Source of the DNA: an uncultured Candidatus Binatia bacterium | GTDB lineage: Bacteria; Desulfobacterota; Binatia; Bin18 | Direction of reading: 5' to 3' | Length of the DNA stretch: 64,000 bases | Assembly (NCBI GenBank): GCA_965242605.1 | Contig: CBDESS010000004.1 | Span: 321,157-385,156, forward strand | Shown here: in pieces, positions 56,474 to 64,000 of the stretch | Position numbering within the stretch: the first letter of the stretch is position 1 | Layout of the letters: every line of letters begins with the position of its first letter | The notes under the pieces: model-generated | What the model saw: the letters and a program-made list of their open reading frames with translations, nothing else | Databases searched by the model: none | What the model was told of the DNA's origin: nothing | Position numbers and translations under genes: made by a program

Positions 56474-57355
56474 ATGTCGGCAGGAGAACGAACCCACCAC
56501 ATCCTTGACGAGGCGGACGCCGCGAGCTGGGTCAAGGACGGCATGACGGTCGCGGTCGGTGAGCCGGCCCCAATGGCCCTGCTGCGGCATATCATCCGGC
56601 GTCAGGTGACACACCTGACGGTCGTGGCCAGCGGTTTGTCTCTGGACCTGCTGATTGCCGCCGGGTGCGTGACCAAAGCCGTCAGCTACTACGCCGGCGG
56701 CGGCTTTGGGGTAGCGGTCGCGCCCTCGTTTCGGCGCGCGGTTGAGCGCGGTCAGCTCGAAACCTGGGAGTGCGAAGAGGGCATCTTGACGGCCGGGCTG
56801 CGGGCCGCGGCCCAGGCGCTGCCGTTTCTGCCCTGGCGCGGCGGGGTCGGCACCTCGCTGCCCGAGGTCAACCCCGACCTCAAGGTCATCACCGACCCGA
56901 TCAAGGGCGAAACTTTACTCGCCGTACCGGCGATCAAACCCGATGTCACCCTACTCCACGCCGCTACCGCGGACCCCTACGGGAATGTCCAGCACTTCGG
57001 CGGGCCGGGCTGGCTTGACCTGTTTCTGTACCGGGCAGCCGAGCGGACGATCGTACAGGTCGAAAAAATCATCGCCAACGAGGATGTCCGCGGCAATCCG
57101 TGGGCAACGACTCTCGCCGCCGCGGACGGCGTTGTGCGTATGCCCTACGGTGCCCATCCGTTTTATAGTCGCGGCTATTACATTACCGACAGCGAGTTTT
57201 TAGCGACCTATGTGCGGGCCGCCACCGACGCCGCTCAGGATGACCCGGCGGCCCTCCAGCACTTTCTGAACCGCTACTGCCGAGAACCCGAGACGCATGG
57301 CGATTATTTGGAACGGGTCGGGATCAAACGCCTGCTCTCGCTGTATGAATACTGA
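56474..57355 (+). CDS. CoA-transferase subunit A (GctA/AtoD-like)
   Basis: VKDGMTVAVG, LRAAAQALPFLP, VPAIKPDVTLLHA..ADPYGN, GAHP. Confidence 0.88.
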   Translation: MSAGERTHHILDEADAASWVKDGMTVAVGEPAPMALLRHIIRRQVTHLTVVASGLSLDLLIAAGCVTKAVSYYAGGGFGVAVAPSFRRAVERGQLETWECEEGILTAGLRAAAQALPFLPWRGGVGTSLPEVNPDLKVITDPIKGETLLAVPAIKPDVTLLHAATADPYGNVQHFGGPGWLDLFLYRAAERTIVQVEKIIANEDVRGNPWATTLAAADGVVRMPYGAHPFYSRGYYITDSEFLATYVRAATDAAQDDPAALQHFLNRYCREPETHGDYLERVGIKRLLSLYEY

Positions 57356-57401
57356 GGGCGTGAAACCTCACCCCCGAAAAAAGAGGAGCTGTTGTCTGCC
57401 C

Positions 57402-58205
57402 ATGACCACCCAAAACGGCTGCACCGCCCAGGAAATCATGGTCGTGTTTCTGGCCCGCGAGCTACAAGACGGTGAGTTGCTCCAGGTCGGCGTGGCCATG
57501 CCGGTGGCCGAGGCCGCGGTCCGCCTCGCCCACAGTCTGCACGGCCCGAACATGGAGCTGATCTTTCTCGGCACGCGCATGAATGTCGCCCACCTCGACA
57601 GCCTGCCCATGCCGGCCTTTGGCTGGGACCGGCGGGTTGTGCGTTGGGCCGAGTCGTACAGCGACACCGGACACCGCTTTGACCGGCTGAAAGACTGGCA
57701 CAAGCGGGTCTTTTTTATCGGCGGGGTGCAGGTTGACCCCCACGGCAACACCAATTTAATCGGTGTGGGTCCTGAGTATCCACAGCTGCGGTTTCGCGGC
57801 CCAGGTTCGGTCGGCACGCCGACCCTGAGCAGCCACGTTGGCCGCTATTACATTGTGCTCAACTCCCATACGGCCCGCACCTTTGTCGAGCGTTGCGATT
57901 ACATCAGCACCGTTGGGTGGGGCTCGGGCGGAGCAGATGCCCGCAAAAAACTGGGCCTCCCCGGCGGAGGCCCCAAGTATTGCCTCACACCGCTATGCGT
58001 CATGGACTTTACCGAAGACGAAAAACGCATGCGGCTGCGCTCCCTCCATCCGGGCGTATCGGTTGAGCAGGTCCAGACCCACACCGGCTTTCCCCTTGTC
58101 ATCCCCGAGCGGGTTCCCACCACCTCCCTGCCCAACGCCGAAGAGCTCCACGTCCTGCGCAGCCGGGTTGACCGGGCCGGAGTCCTGCGCCGGGAAAGGG
58201 GCTGA
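57402..58205 (+). CDS. CoA-transferase subunit B (GctB-like)
   Basis: ARELQDGE..QVG, GGVQVDPHGNTN, GPGS, FVERCDYIST, LHPGVSVEQVQTHTGF. Confidence 0.88.
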   Translation: MTTQNGCTAQEIMVVFLARELQDGELLQVGVAMPVAEAAVRLAHSLHGPNMELIFLGTRMNVAHLDSLPMPAFGWDRRVVRWAESYSDTGHRFDRLKDWHKRVFFIGGVQVDPHGNTNLIGVGPEYPQLRFRGPGSVGTPTLSSHVGRYYIVLNSHTARTFVERCDYISTVGWGSGGADARKKLGLPGGGPKYCLTPLCVMDFTEDEKRMRLRSLHPGVSVEQVQTHTGFPLVIPERVPTTSLPNAEELHVLRSRVDRAGVLRRERG

Positions 58206-58207
58206 AC

Positions 58208-58480
58208 ATGGCCAATCGGGTGACGAATATGGACCGCAAGCGCAACCGGGCCGGGCGCGCCGTTGGCTATGAGTGCGCCTTGACTGACGGCCGGCGCATT
58301 CAGGTCTGGGTGTCTCAGAACGAGCTGGATGTCGAGTTTCACGGCTTAGACCTCAAGAAAGTGTGCCGCCTGGCCGCGGAGCGAGCCTCGGCCCACGACA
58401 TTGAGGCCGGCCAGCTGACCGTCTCACGCGCCCTGCTCACCGAGGTTGAAGCGCGCGAGTCAGGCCACGGGCGACGCTAG
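58208..58480 (+). CDS. Hypothetical protein (90 aa)
   Basis: Tightly packed between the CoA-transferase B and shc genes on the same strand. Confidence 0.55.
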   Translation: MANRVTNMDRKRNRAGRAVGYECALTDGRRIQVWVSQNELDVEFHGLDLKKVCRLAAERASAHDIEAGQLTVSRALLTEVEARESGHGRR

Positions 58481-58483
58481 CCG

Positions 58484-60523
58484 ATGCCAAACCCCGAGCG
58501 TTCTCCCGCCGGGCAGGCCCTTGACCTGTCCCGACTCGAAGCCTGCATCACCGCCGCCGCAGCCTGGTTGTACCAACACCAGGCCGAGGACGGCTACTGG
58601 GTCGGCATGGTGGAGTCCAACTGCTGCATGGAGGCCGAATGGCTGCTGGCCATGCACATGCTGGGCTACGAGCATCCGCGCCGCCATGCCATCGTTCAAA
58701 CCCTGCTCAACGCGCAGCGCCAAGACGGCGCGTGGGAGATTTACTACGCGGCACCGGACGGCGACATCAATACCACCGTCGAGTGCTACGCCGCGCTGCG
58801 GGCCAGCGGCTTTGCGCCCGACACCCCGGCCCTGGGCAAGGCCCGCGACTGGATTTTGGCCCACGGCGGATTCGACACCATCCGCGTGTTTACCCGCTAT
58901 TGGCTGGCGCTCATCGGCGAGTGGCCGTGGGACAAAACGCCCTGCCTGCCGCCCGAGGTGATCGCCTTCCCTCGGTGGTTTCCGTTCAGCATTTACAATT
59001 TTGCTTCCTGGGCGCGGGCGACCCTGGTTCCGCTGACCATTCTGTCGGCCCGCCGCTTCTGTCGTCCCCTGCCGCCCGAGCGGCGCTTGAACGAACTCTT
59101 TCCCCTGGGCCGGCAGCCGGCCTACACCGCCCTGCCGCGCAAGAGCGGCCTGTTCTCGTGGCAGACCTTTTTCCTGGCCGCCGACACCGCCCTACGCACC
59201 TATCAACAGATCGGTTTCACCCCTGGCCGCGAAGCCGCCATCCGCCAGTGTGTGGAATGGATCATCAAACACCAGGACGCCGACGGCGCGTGGGGCGGCA
59301 TTCAGCCGCCGTGGGTCTACAGTCTGATGGCGCTCTACGCCGAGGGCTATCCGCTCAGCCACCCGGCCCTGGCCGCGGGTCTAACTGCCCTTGACGCCCA
59401 CTGGTCATACGAGCGGGACGGCGGGCTGCACATTCAGGCCAGCGAATCGCCGGTCTGGGACACGCTGCTGTCGAGCCTGGCGCTGCTCGACTGCGGCTAC
59501 CAGCTCCGGCAGTCAGAGCCGATGCAGACCGCACTCGACTGGATTCTTGCCCACGAGGTCGTGAGCGGGGGCGACTGGCAGCTCAGCCTGCCCGAGGTCA
59601 CTCCCGGCGGTTGGGCGTTTGAGCGGGCCAACGCCGCCTACCCCGATATTGACGACACCGCGGTCGCCCTGATCGTTCTGGCCCAGCTGCGCAAACAGTG
59701 TCCTGACGACCGGCGTTTTGACGCCCCGATTGCCCGTGCCGTAGACTGGATACTGGCGATGCAGTCCGGCAACGGCGGTTGGGCCGCGTTTGACCGCGAT
59801 AACAACAAACAGCTGCTGACCACGATCCCGTTTTGTGATTTCGGCGAAGCCCTTGACCCGCCCAGCGTCGATGTTACTGCCCATGTGGTTGAAGCCTTCG
59901 GCCTGCTCGGCTACGACGCCTCCCAGCCGGCAATGGCCCGCGCGCTGGCCTACATCCGCGCCGAACAAGAACCCGAGGGCAGCTGGTTTGGACGCTGGGG
60001 GGTGAACCATATCTACGGCACGGCCGCGGTGCTGCCGGCCCTGCGGGCGATCGGCCAAGACATGGGTGCCGCCTATGTTCAGCGAGCCGGCCACTGGCTG
60101 GCGGCCCACCAGAATGCCGATGGCGGCTGGGGCGAAACCTGCGCATCGTACATGGATGACCGCCTGCGCGGCACAGGGCCGAGCACCGCCTCCCAGACCG
60201 CCTGGGCGCTCATGGCCCTGGTGGCCCTGGACGGACGGGATTTTGAGACCTCAATTCGTCGGGGGGCGGACTACCTGGTCCGCACCCGGCGCGGCGGCAG
60301 CTGGGACGAGCCGTACTATACCGGCACCGGCTTCCCCGGTTATGGCACCGGTGCGCGGACCGCTCTCCAGGTCCAGGACATGAAAGAACGCTTTGCCCAG
60401 GGCACCGAACTCCAGCGCGGCTTCATGATTAACTACAACCTCTACCGCCACTATTTCCCGCTCATGGCGCTGGGCCGTGTGCGGGCGTATTTCAGCCGTG
60501 CCGAATCCCGCCCGGACGGCTAG
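58484..60523 (+). CDS. shc: Squalene-hopene cyclase
   Basis: QAEDGYW, QRQDGAW, QW repeats, catalytic PDIDDTA, WFGRWGVNHIYGT, YTGTGFPG, YRHYFPLMALGR. Confidence 0.95.
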   Translation: MPNPERSPAGQALDLSRLEACITAAAAWLYQHQAEDGYWVGMVESNCCMEAEWLLAMHMLGYEHPRRHAIVQTLLNAQRQDGAWEIYYAAPDGDINTTVECYAALRASGFAPDTPALGKARDWILAHGGFDTIRVFTRYWLALIGEWPWDKTPCLPPEVIAFPRWFPFSIYNFASWARATLVPLTILSARRFCRPLPPERRLNELFPLGRQPAYTALPRKSGLFSWQTFFLAADTALRTYQQIGFTPGREAAIRQCVEWIIKHQDADGAWGGIQPPWVYSLMALYAEGYPLSHPALAAGLTALDAHWSYERDGGLHIQASESPVWDTLLSSLALLDCGYQLRQSEPMQTALDWILAHEVVSGGDWQLSLPEVTPGGWAFERANAAYPDIDDTAVALIVLAQLRKQCPDDRRFDAPIARAVDWILAMQSGNGGWAAFDRDNNKQLLTTIPFCDFGEALDPPSVDVTAHVVEAFGLLGYDASQPAMARALAYIRAEQEPEGSWFGRWGVNHIYGTAAVLPALRAIGQDMGAAYVQRAGHWLAAHQNADGGWGETCASYMDDRLRGTGPSTASQTAWALMALVALDGRDFETSIRRGADYLVRTRRGGSWDEPYYTGTGFPGYGTGARTALQVQDMKERFAQGTELQRGFMINYNLYRHYFPLMALGRVRAYFSRAESRPDG

Positions 60524-60575
60524 GCCGACGCTCACCCCTCCGGCTCCTCAGCGTCGCTTGGTCAGGGTCACTCTC

Positions 60576-61127
60576 TCACTGTGGAGGCTTCTGGCCGAGT
60601 CGATGGGCCGAGGTGATGTCTTTGACTTTGCGAGCGACAGCGGGGTCAAAAGGCATCCCAAGGTGGCCCATCTCCTTTCTGACTCGATCTGTCTGCTGCT
60701 CGGTGAGCAACTTGGCCGACCCTCGAACGACCCCCTCCCACATATTCACATAGTTGACAGAATTGTCCGAGGCGACACGCTGGAACAGCCCGTCTGTATC
60801 AAAGTGGAACGCTGTCACAGTATTGTCGTAATTGCCCCCCCCCGCGAGCAGGCCAACGAAAGGGACGAATGTGGCCCCATGCATCGTATACTTAGTGTAG
60901 TAGTAAATCCATGCGGACTCATCACCTGTGTACACGACATCATGTGGCTGCCCAAAGTGTGTGTGGACTCCGCGTTTGGTCGTGACACCTTGCTCAAGCT
61001 GCATGTACCGGCCAACGTCGGTCAGGTGGGGATTCCCCAACTGCGCGGAGCAACCGGAGAGCAACGCCACACTGACCGCAATGGCTGTGGCAGCCATCCG
61101 GACCGGAGTGGATTTGTATTTTTTCAT
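60576..61127 (-). CDS. Predicted lipoprotein, SmpA/OmlA (BamE)-like domain
   Basis: GAAAGGAG RBS, lipobox LSGC, LEQGVTTKRGVHTHFGQP...WIYYY. Confidence 0.75.
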   Translation of the reverse strand: MKKYKSTPVRMAATAIAVSVALLSGCSAQLGNPHLTDVGRYMQLEQGVTTKRGVHTHFGQPHDVVYTGDESAWIYYYTKYTMHGATFVPFVGLLAGGGNYDNTVTAFHFDTDGLFQRVASDNSVNYVNMWEGVVRGSAKLLTEQQTDRVRKEMGHLGMPFDPAVARKVKDITSAHRLGQKPPQ

Positions 61128-61155
61128 CTGGGTCTCCTTTCAGTGTCCCCACCTA

Positions 61156-61177
61156 GCCTAATTCAGGTCAACCGCGT
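61156..61177. repeat. 22-bp direct repeat, left copy
   Basis: GCCTAATTCAGGTCAACCGCGT, identical to 63405-63426. Confidence 0.92.
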
Positions 61178-61414
61178 TGGGCGTATGGCGCTCACCAATC
61201 ACATCTTGCAAAGCGTCTTTGGACTGGTGATCTTACACGGTTTCGGGCTTGGGCTGTGGAACGACCTCGCCCGCCATCAGCTGTACGCCATCGTGCTGGC
61301 CGAGTGGGGCGTCATGCTCTGGTTGGCCGGTGGCTGGGCCGCTACCGCTTCGGCCCGCTGGAGTGGCTGTGGCGGTCGCTGGCCTGCGGGCGTGTCCGGC
61401 CCATGAGCGCGTAG
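61176..61414 (+). pseudogene. C-terminal fragment of a DUF418 (YeiB-like) membrane protein
   Basis: VGRMALTNHILQS...GFGLGLW, then after a frameshift RYRFGPLEWLWRSL; the 5' part is missing and the fragment starts at the direct repeat. Confidence 0.75.
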
Positions 61415-61882
61415 GGTAAGATTTTCATGGCTTGGAAGGTGGACGATTTCGACATCACCCCAGTGCCGGTTGAGATATTCGGCAACGAGACGGCGGTGGC
61501 AGCGGTCGGGCTTGTCCTCACTACAGAGGAGGCAGGCGTTGGCGATGGTTCTTTTGATGGATTTTCTGGCGATGCGGCGCTGTGCCATAAGAGCAAGGAA
61601 CTGATGTTCGTAGGTCTGCCAGTCACGATGGTCTTTGCGATACGCGTCCAGCATCTCTTTGGTGGGGGCGAGGTCGGGGAGATGGATGTACTTCATTCGG
61701 CAGATTTTGTTGAGGAAATACTCCAAGTCGTCTTTCTTGGCAAAGCCAGCGAGTTGAGAGATGTTGCTGAGGCGGACATCCACCAGGCGTTTGGCACCGG
61801 AGGCGCGGAGAGTGTCAAAGAAATGGGAGGCGGATTTTTTGGTGAACCCGATGGTGTACACTTTCAAGATATATCCTCTCAA
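61277..61882 (-). CDS. DUF488 family protein (second copy)
   Basis: VYTIGFTKKSA..FF, LVDVRLSNISQLAGFAK, CLLCSE..PDRCHRRLVAEYL; C-terminus runs on antisense to the DUF418 fragment. Confidence 0.88.
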   Translation of the reverse strand: MRGYILKVYTIGFTKKSASHFFDTLRASGAKRLVDVRLSNISQLAGFAKKDDLEYFLNKICRMKYIHLPDLAPTKEMLDAYRKDHRDWQTYEHQFLALMAQRRIARKSIKRTIANACLLCSEDKPDRCHRRLVAEYLNRHWGDVEIVHLPSHENLTLRAHGPDTPAGQRPPQPLQRAEAVAAQPPANQSMTPHSASTMAYS

Positions 61883-62499
61883 CCGTCCCTGCCGGCGAGC
61901 GGTATGTTACCAACATAGGCCACTTTCTGGGCTTGGCGGGCAAGGGCGTTGGCAATAATCTCGGCTCTGGAGAGGAAAAAATCTCCATCGTGGGGAAGCT
62001 TGAACAGGTCCAAGAGGCGGTTCATAGCGGCGTCATGGCTTTCCAGACTGCCATCGGCCAGTATATGCTCAACAACCATACCACGCTCAACGAGGGAGCG
62101 GGCGATCAGCAGGGTGCGGTGGCATTCCAGCGGTTCTTTTTCGGTACACATCAGGGCGATGCGACGTTCGACAGCGACATGGAGCAGGCGCTGAATGCCG
62201 TTATTGAACTGGTCAGTGTCGGCTACGCGATCGTACTGGACGCGGCCGTTGGCATCGTAGCAGGAGTGGTCGGCAGGACGGCCGCCGAGTTCGCTGCCGA
62301 AGAAGGTGCAGGCGATGCCAACTTCGTCCAATGTCCGGGGCAGGGAGTGGTGGTTGAAGTGGGGCGTATAGCGGCTGTAGGGGTCGGAGCGAACATCGGC
62401 GACCTCCTCCACGCCGTGCTGCTGGAGCAGTTGCAGGAAGGTATCGGGGGCATGGTTGGAGTGGCCGATGGTGAAGATGGGGTATGGAGTTGCGGTCAC
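61879..62499 (-). CDS. DUF488 family protein (first copy)
   Basis: IFTIGHSNH, VADVRSDPYSRY, ELGGRP, ALMCTEKEPLECHRTLLI. Confidence 0.9.
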   Translation of the reverse strand: MTATPYPIFTIGHSNHAPDTFLQLLQQHGVEEVADVRSDPYSRYTPHFNHHSLPRTLDEVGIACTFFGSELGGRPADHSCYDANGRVQYDRVADTDQFNNGIQRLLHVAVERRIALMCTEKEPLECHRTLLIARSLVERGMVVEHILADGSLESHDAAMNRLLDLFKLPHDGDFFLSRAEIIANALARQAQKVAYVGNIPLAGRDG

Positions 62500-62515
62500 G
62501 GGAGAGATGTCTTCA

Positions 62516-63235
62516 TCAAGGCTGGATTACAGCAGCGATGAGTTTGTAGCTATATTCTTTCAATGGTTTGCCAAGTTTGTAGCTATATTCTTTCAATGGT
62601 TTGCCAAGGCTGACGGTGAGAAAAGCTTCGCCGACCTGGACCTGATAGTCACCACCGGGCTTTTGCAGATACGGGCGCTCGTAGATGTAGATAGGGTCGG
62701 TTATTTTGAGCCAGTAGTCCATTTCAGCATAGTGGAAACGTCCCTGCACCCACCAGGGTGGGGATACAAACAGTTCCAGCCGGTCAACCTTGATGAAACG
62801 CAGCGAGTCTTCAAGGGAGCGGGCGACCGAGAGGGGGACTCGATCGTTCTTTCCATCAGTTGTGCTATGTCCATCGGTCCAGAGTGGAGCTATTGGGTCG
62901 GTGAATCGGGCCAGTTCATTTCCAGCAACTCTCCGAATCCTTTCCCAGCGGGCTTCCGGGTCAAGCAACCAGTTTTCTTGCTGATAATCCTGTGGCTGGG
63001 GCTTGAGGAGTGGCACGTCAATAACGTCAAGAGGGCGGGGGTCGCTGCCATCTTCGTACCGCCGCTCCCGCTTAGATACTCCCTGGGATTTCCTGGCGCT
63101 TACGGGGCGAATCCAATCGCCAATCTGTCCATCGGCCAGCAGTTCTTTTCCGGCGATACAGCGCCAGCGATCTTGCTCTTTCCCCTTTCGCGAATTGGCC
63201 AAACATACAATGCGTTTGACAGTGGTGACACTCAT
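62516..63235 (-). CDS. Dual-OB-fold domain protein
   Basis: KRIVCLANSRK...CIAGKEL, WIRPVS, QPQDYQQENWL, LKITDP, LTVSLG.P...YKLIAAVI; AGGAGG RBS before MSVTTV. Confidence 0.8.
   Translation of the reverse strand: MSVTTVKRIVCLANSRKGKEQDRWRCIAGKELLADGQIGDWIRPVSARKSQGVSKRERRYEDGSDPRPLDVIDVPLLKPQPQDYQQENWLLDPEARWERIRRVAGNELARFTDPIAPLWTDGHSTTDGKNDRVPLSVARSLEDSLRFIKVDRLELFVSPPWWVQGRFHYAEMDYWLKITDPIYIYERPYLQKPGGDYQVQVGEAFLTVSLGKPLKEYSYKLGKPLKEYSYKLIAAVIQP
62541..62606. repeat. Perfect 33-bp tandem duplication inside the dual-OB gene
   Basis: AGTTTGTAGCTATATTCTTTCAATGGTTTGCCA x2, giving LGKPLKEYSYK twice. Confidence 0.95.
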
Positions 63236-63264
63236 AACCTGCCTCCTGCGAGAGGGTGAGGACC

Positions 63265-63293
63265 AACATACCACACTGGTGAAAGAGCGTCAA
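63265..63293 (-). promoter_or_regulatory. Sigma70-like promoter for the dual-OB/DUF488 operon
   Basis: Minus-strand TTGACG-N17-TATGTT, about 30 nt upstream of ATG 63235. Confidence 0.6.
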
Positions 63294-63404
63294 GTCAGCA
63301 CTGTGTGGCGAAGGCATCATGCTTATGAGTGTCGCCGCCCTCCCCTCTGCGGCCAGTCAATTTGACGGGTCAGCACCCATCTCCTTATCCCCACAATTTT
63401 GCCC

Positions 63405-63426
63405 GCCTAATTCAGGTCAACCGCGT
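63405..63426. repeat. 22-bp direct repeat, right copy (3' end and stop codon of the DUF2237 gene)
   Basis: Identical to 61156-61177; encodes (Y)AVDLN-stop on the minus strand. Confidence 0.92.
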
Positions 63427-63796
63427 ACTCGCGCAGGAGTTCCAGCGGGACAATATCCAGGGCGCGCTGGTGGGTGCGGGTCAGGTAGACCCGGGGGGCC
63501 ATGTCGTGCTGGTAGGCTTCGAGCCAGCGGGCGGCACACAGACACCAGCGGTCGCCCGGCTGGACGCCCGGGAAGCCGAACTCGGGCCGGGGCGTTGACA
63601 GGTCATTGCCGCGCTGGCGGGAGAAGTCCAGAAACTCCCGGCTGGCCTCAACGCACACGGTGTGCGAGCCGTGGTCCTGCTGGCTGGTGTTGCAACAGCC
63701 GTCGCGGAAGAAGCCGGTCAGCGGCCGCTCGCTACAGGCCTCAAGCGGCTCACCAAACACATTGACCGAGTCGTCCATCTTGTGGGTTTCCATCAT
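63407..63796 (-). CDS. DUF2237 family protein
   Basis: NVFGEPLEACS..PLTGFFRDGCC, GSHTVC, GNDLSTPRPEFGFPG..PGDRWCLCAARW; AGGAGG RBS. Confidence 0.93.
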   Translation of the reverse strand: MMETHKMDDSVNVFGEPLEACSERPLTGFFRDGCCNTSQQDHGSHTVCVEASREFLDFSRQRGNDLSTPRPEFGFPGVQPGDRWCLCAARWLEAYQHDMAPRVYLTRTHQRALDIVPLELLREYAVDLN

Positions 63797-64000
63797 GCGC
63801 ATATCCTCCTGTGGTGGGGCGGGCTTATTCGGACTCCTGTTCAGGGGCGTCTCCCGGCTGGGCTTCGTGTTCAGGCTCCTCGTCACAGGCTCCAAGATGC
63901 CGACCAACCGCGCGTATGGTCTGTGAGAAGTCCTGACGCTCAAATCGCATGCGGCTGGTCATGGTCGTCCCGGTCACGCTGTACTCCAGGGTTCCGCTCA

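Noticed and set aside
61156-61177. dif/Xer site or tRNA-derived att site
   Set aside because: No match to the XerC/XerD consensus and no tRNA nearby; the repeat is the 3' end of a protein-coding gene
60477-61406. 309-aa plus-strand ORF as a real gene
   Set aside because: Its first part is antisense to the lipoprotein gene; only the last ~75 codons are a DUF418 fragment

Overview
GC-rich bacterial chromosomal window. The gene repertoire suggests a Gram-negative Binatia/Desulfobacterota-like organism, possibly host-associated, but this is inference only. From left to right: (1) pdxJ and lipid/aromatic catabolism genes, interrupted by an NgoMIV-like restriction-modification pair; (2) a crotonase/CoA-ligase/amidohydrolase block bracketed by two tiny desulforedoxin-like CxxC...CC genes missed by the ORF track, followed by bolA-grxD; (3) a ~31 kb PQQ region containing two PQQ alcohol dehydrogenases with the lanthanide-type D-x-D motif, an XoxJ-like binding protein, a cytochrome c, a YVTN propeller, an Alternative Complex III cluster (actA, B, C-D fusion, E, F) and pqqABCDE. 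Inserted into the PQQ region is the most unusual structure: a 14 kb tandem array of six intact and two identically deleted paralogous genes for secreted proteins built from 15-aa SVSGGxxNxAxG repeats. Each copy has its own conserved promoter/operator-like module, and the copies show mosaic shuffling and unit-wise repeat expansion. (4) A CoA-transferase pair and shc, then a 2.25 kb segment carrying a dual-OB plus DUF488 x2 putative conflict module, flanked by a perfect 22-bp direct repeat equal to the 3' end of the DUF2237 gene. No rRNA, tRNA, CRISPR array, integrase or reverse transcriptase was recognised. All family assignments come from motif recognition by eye; no database search was run.
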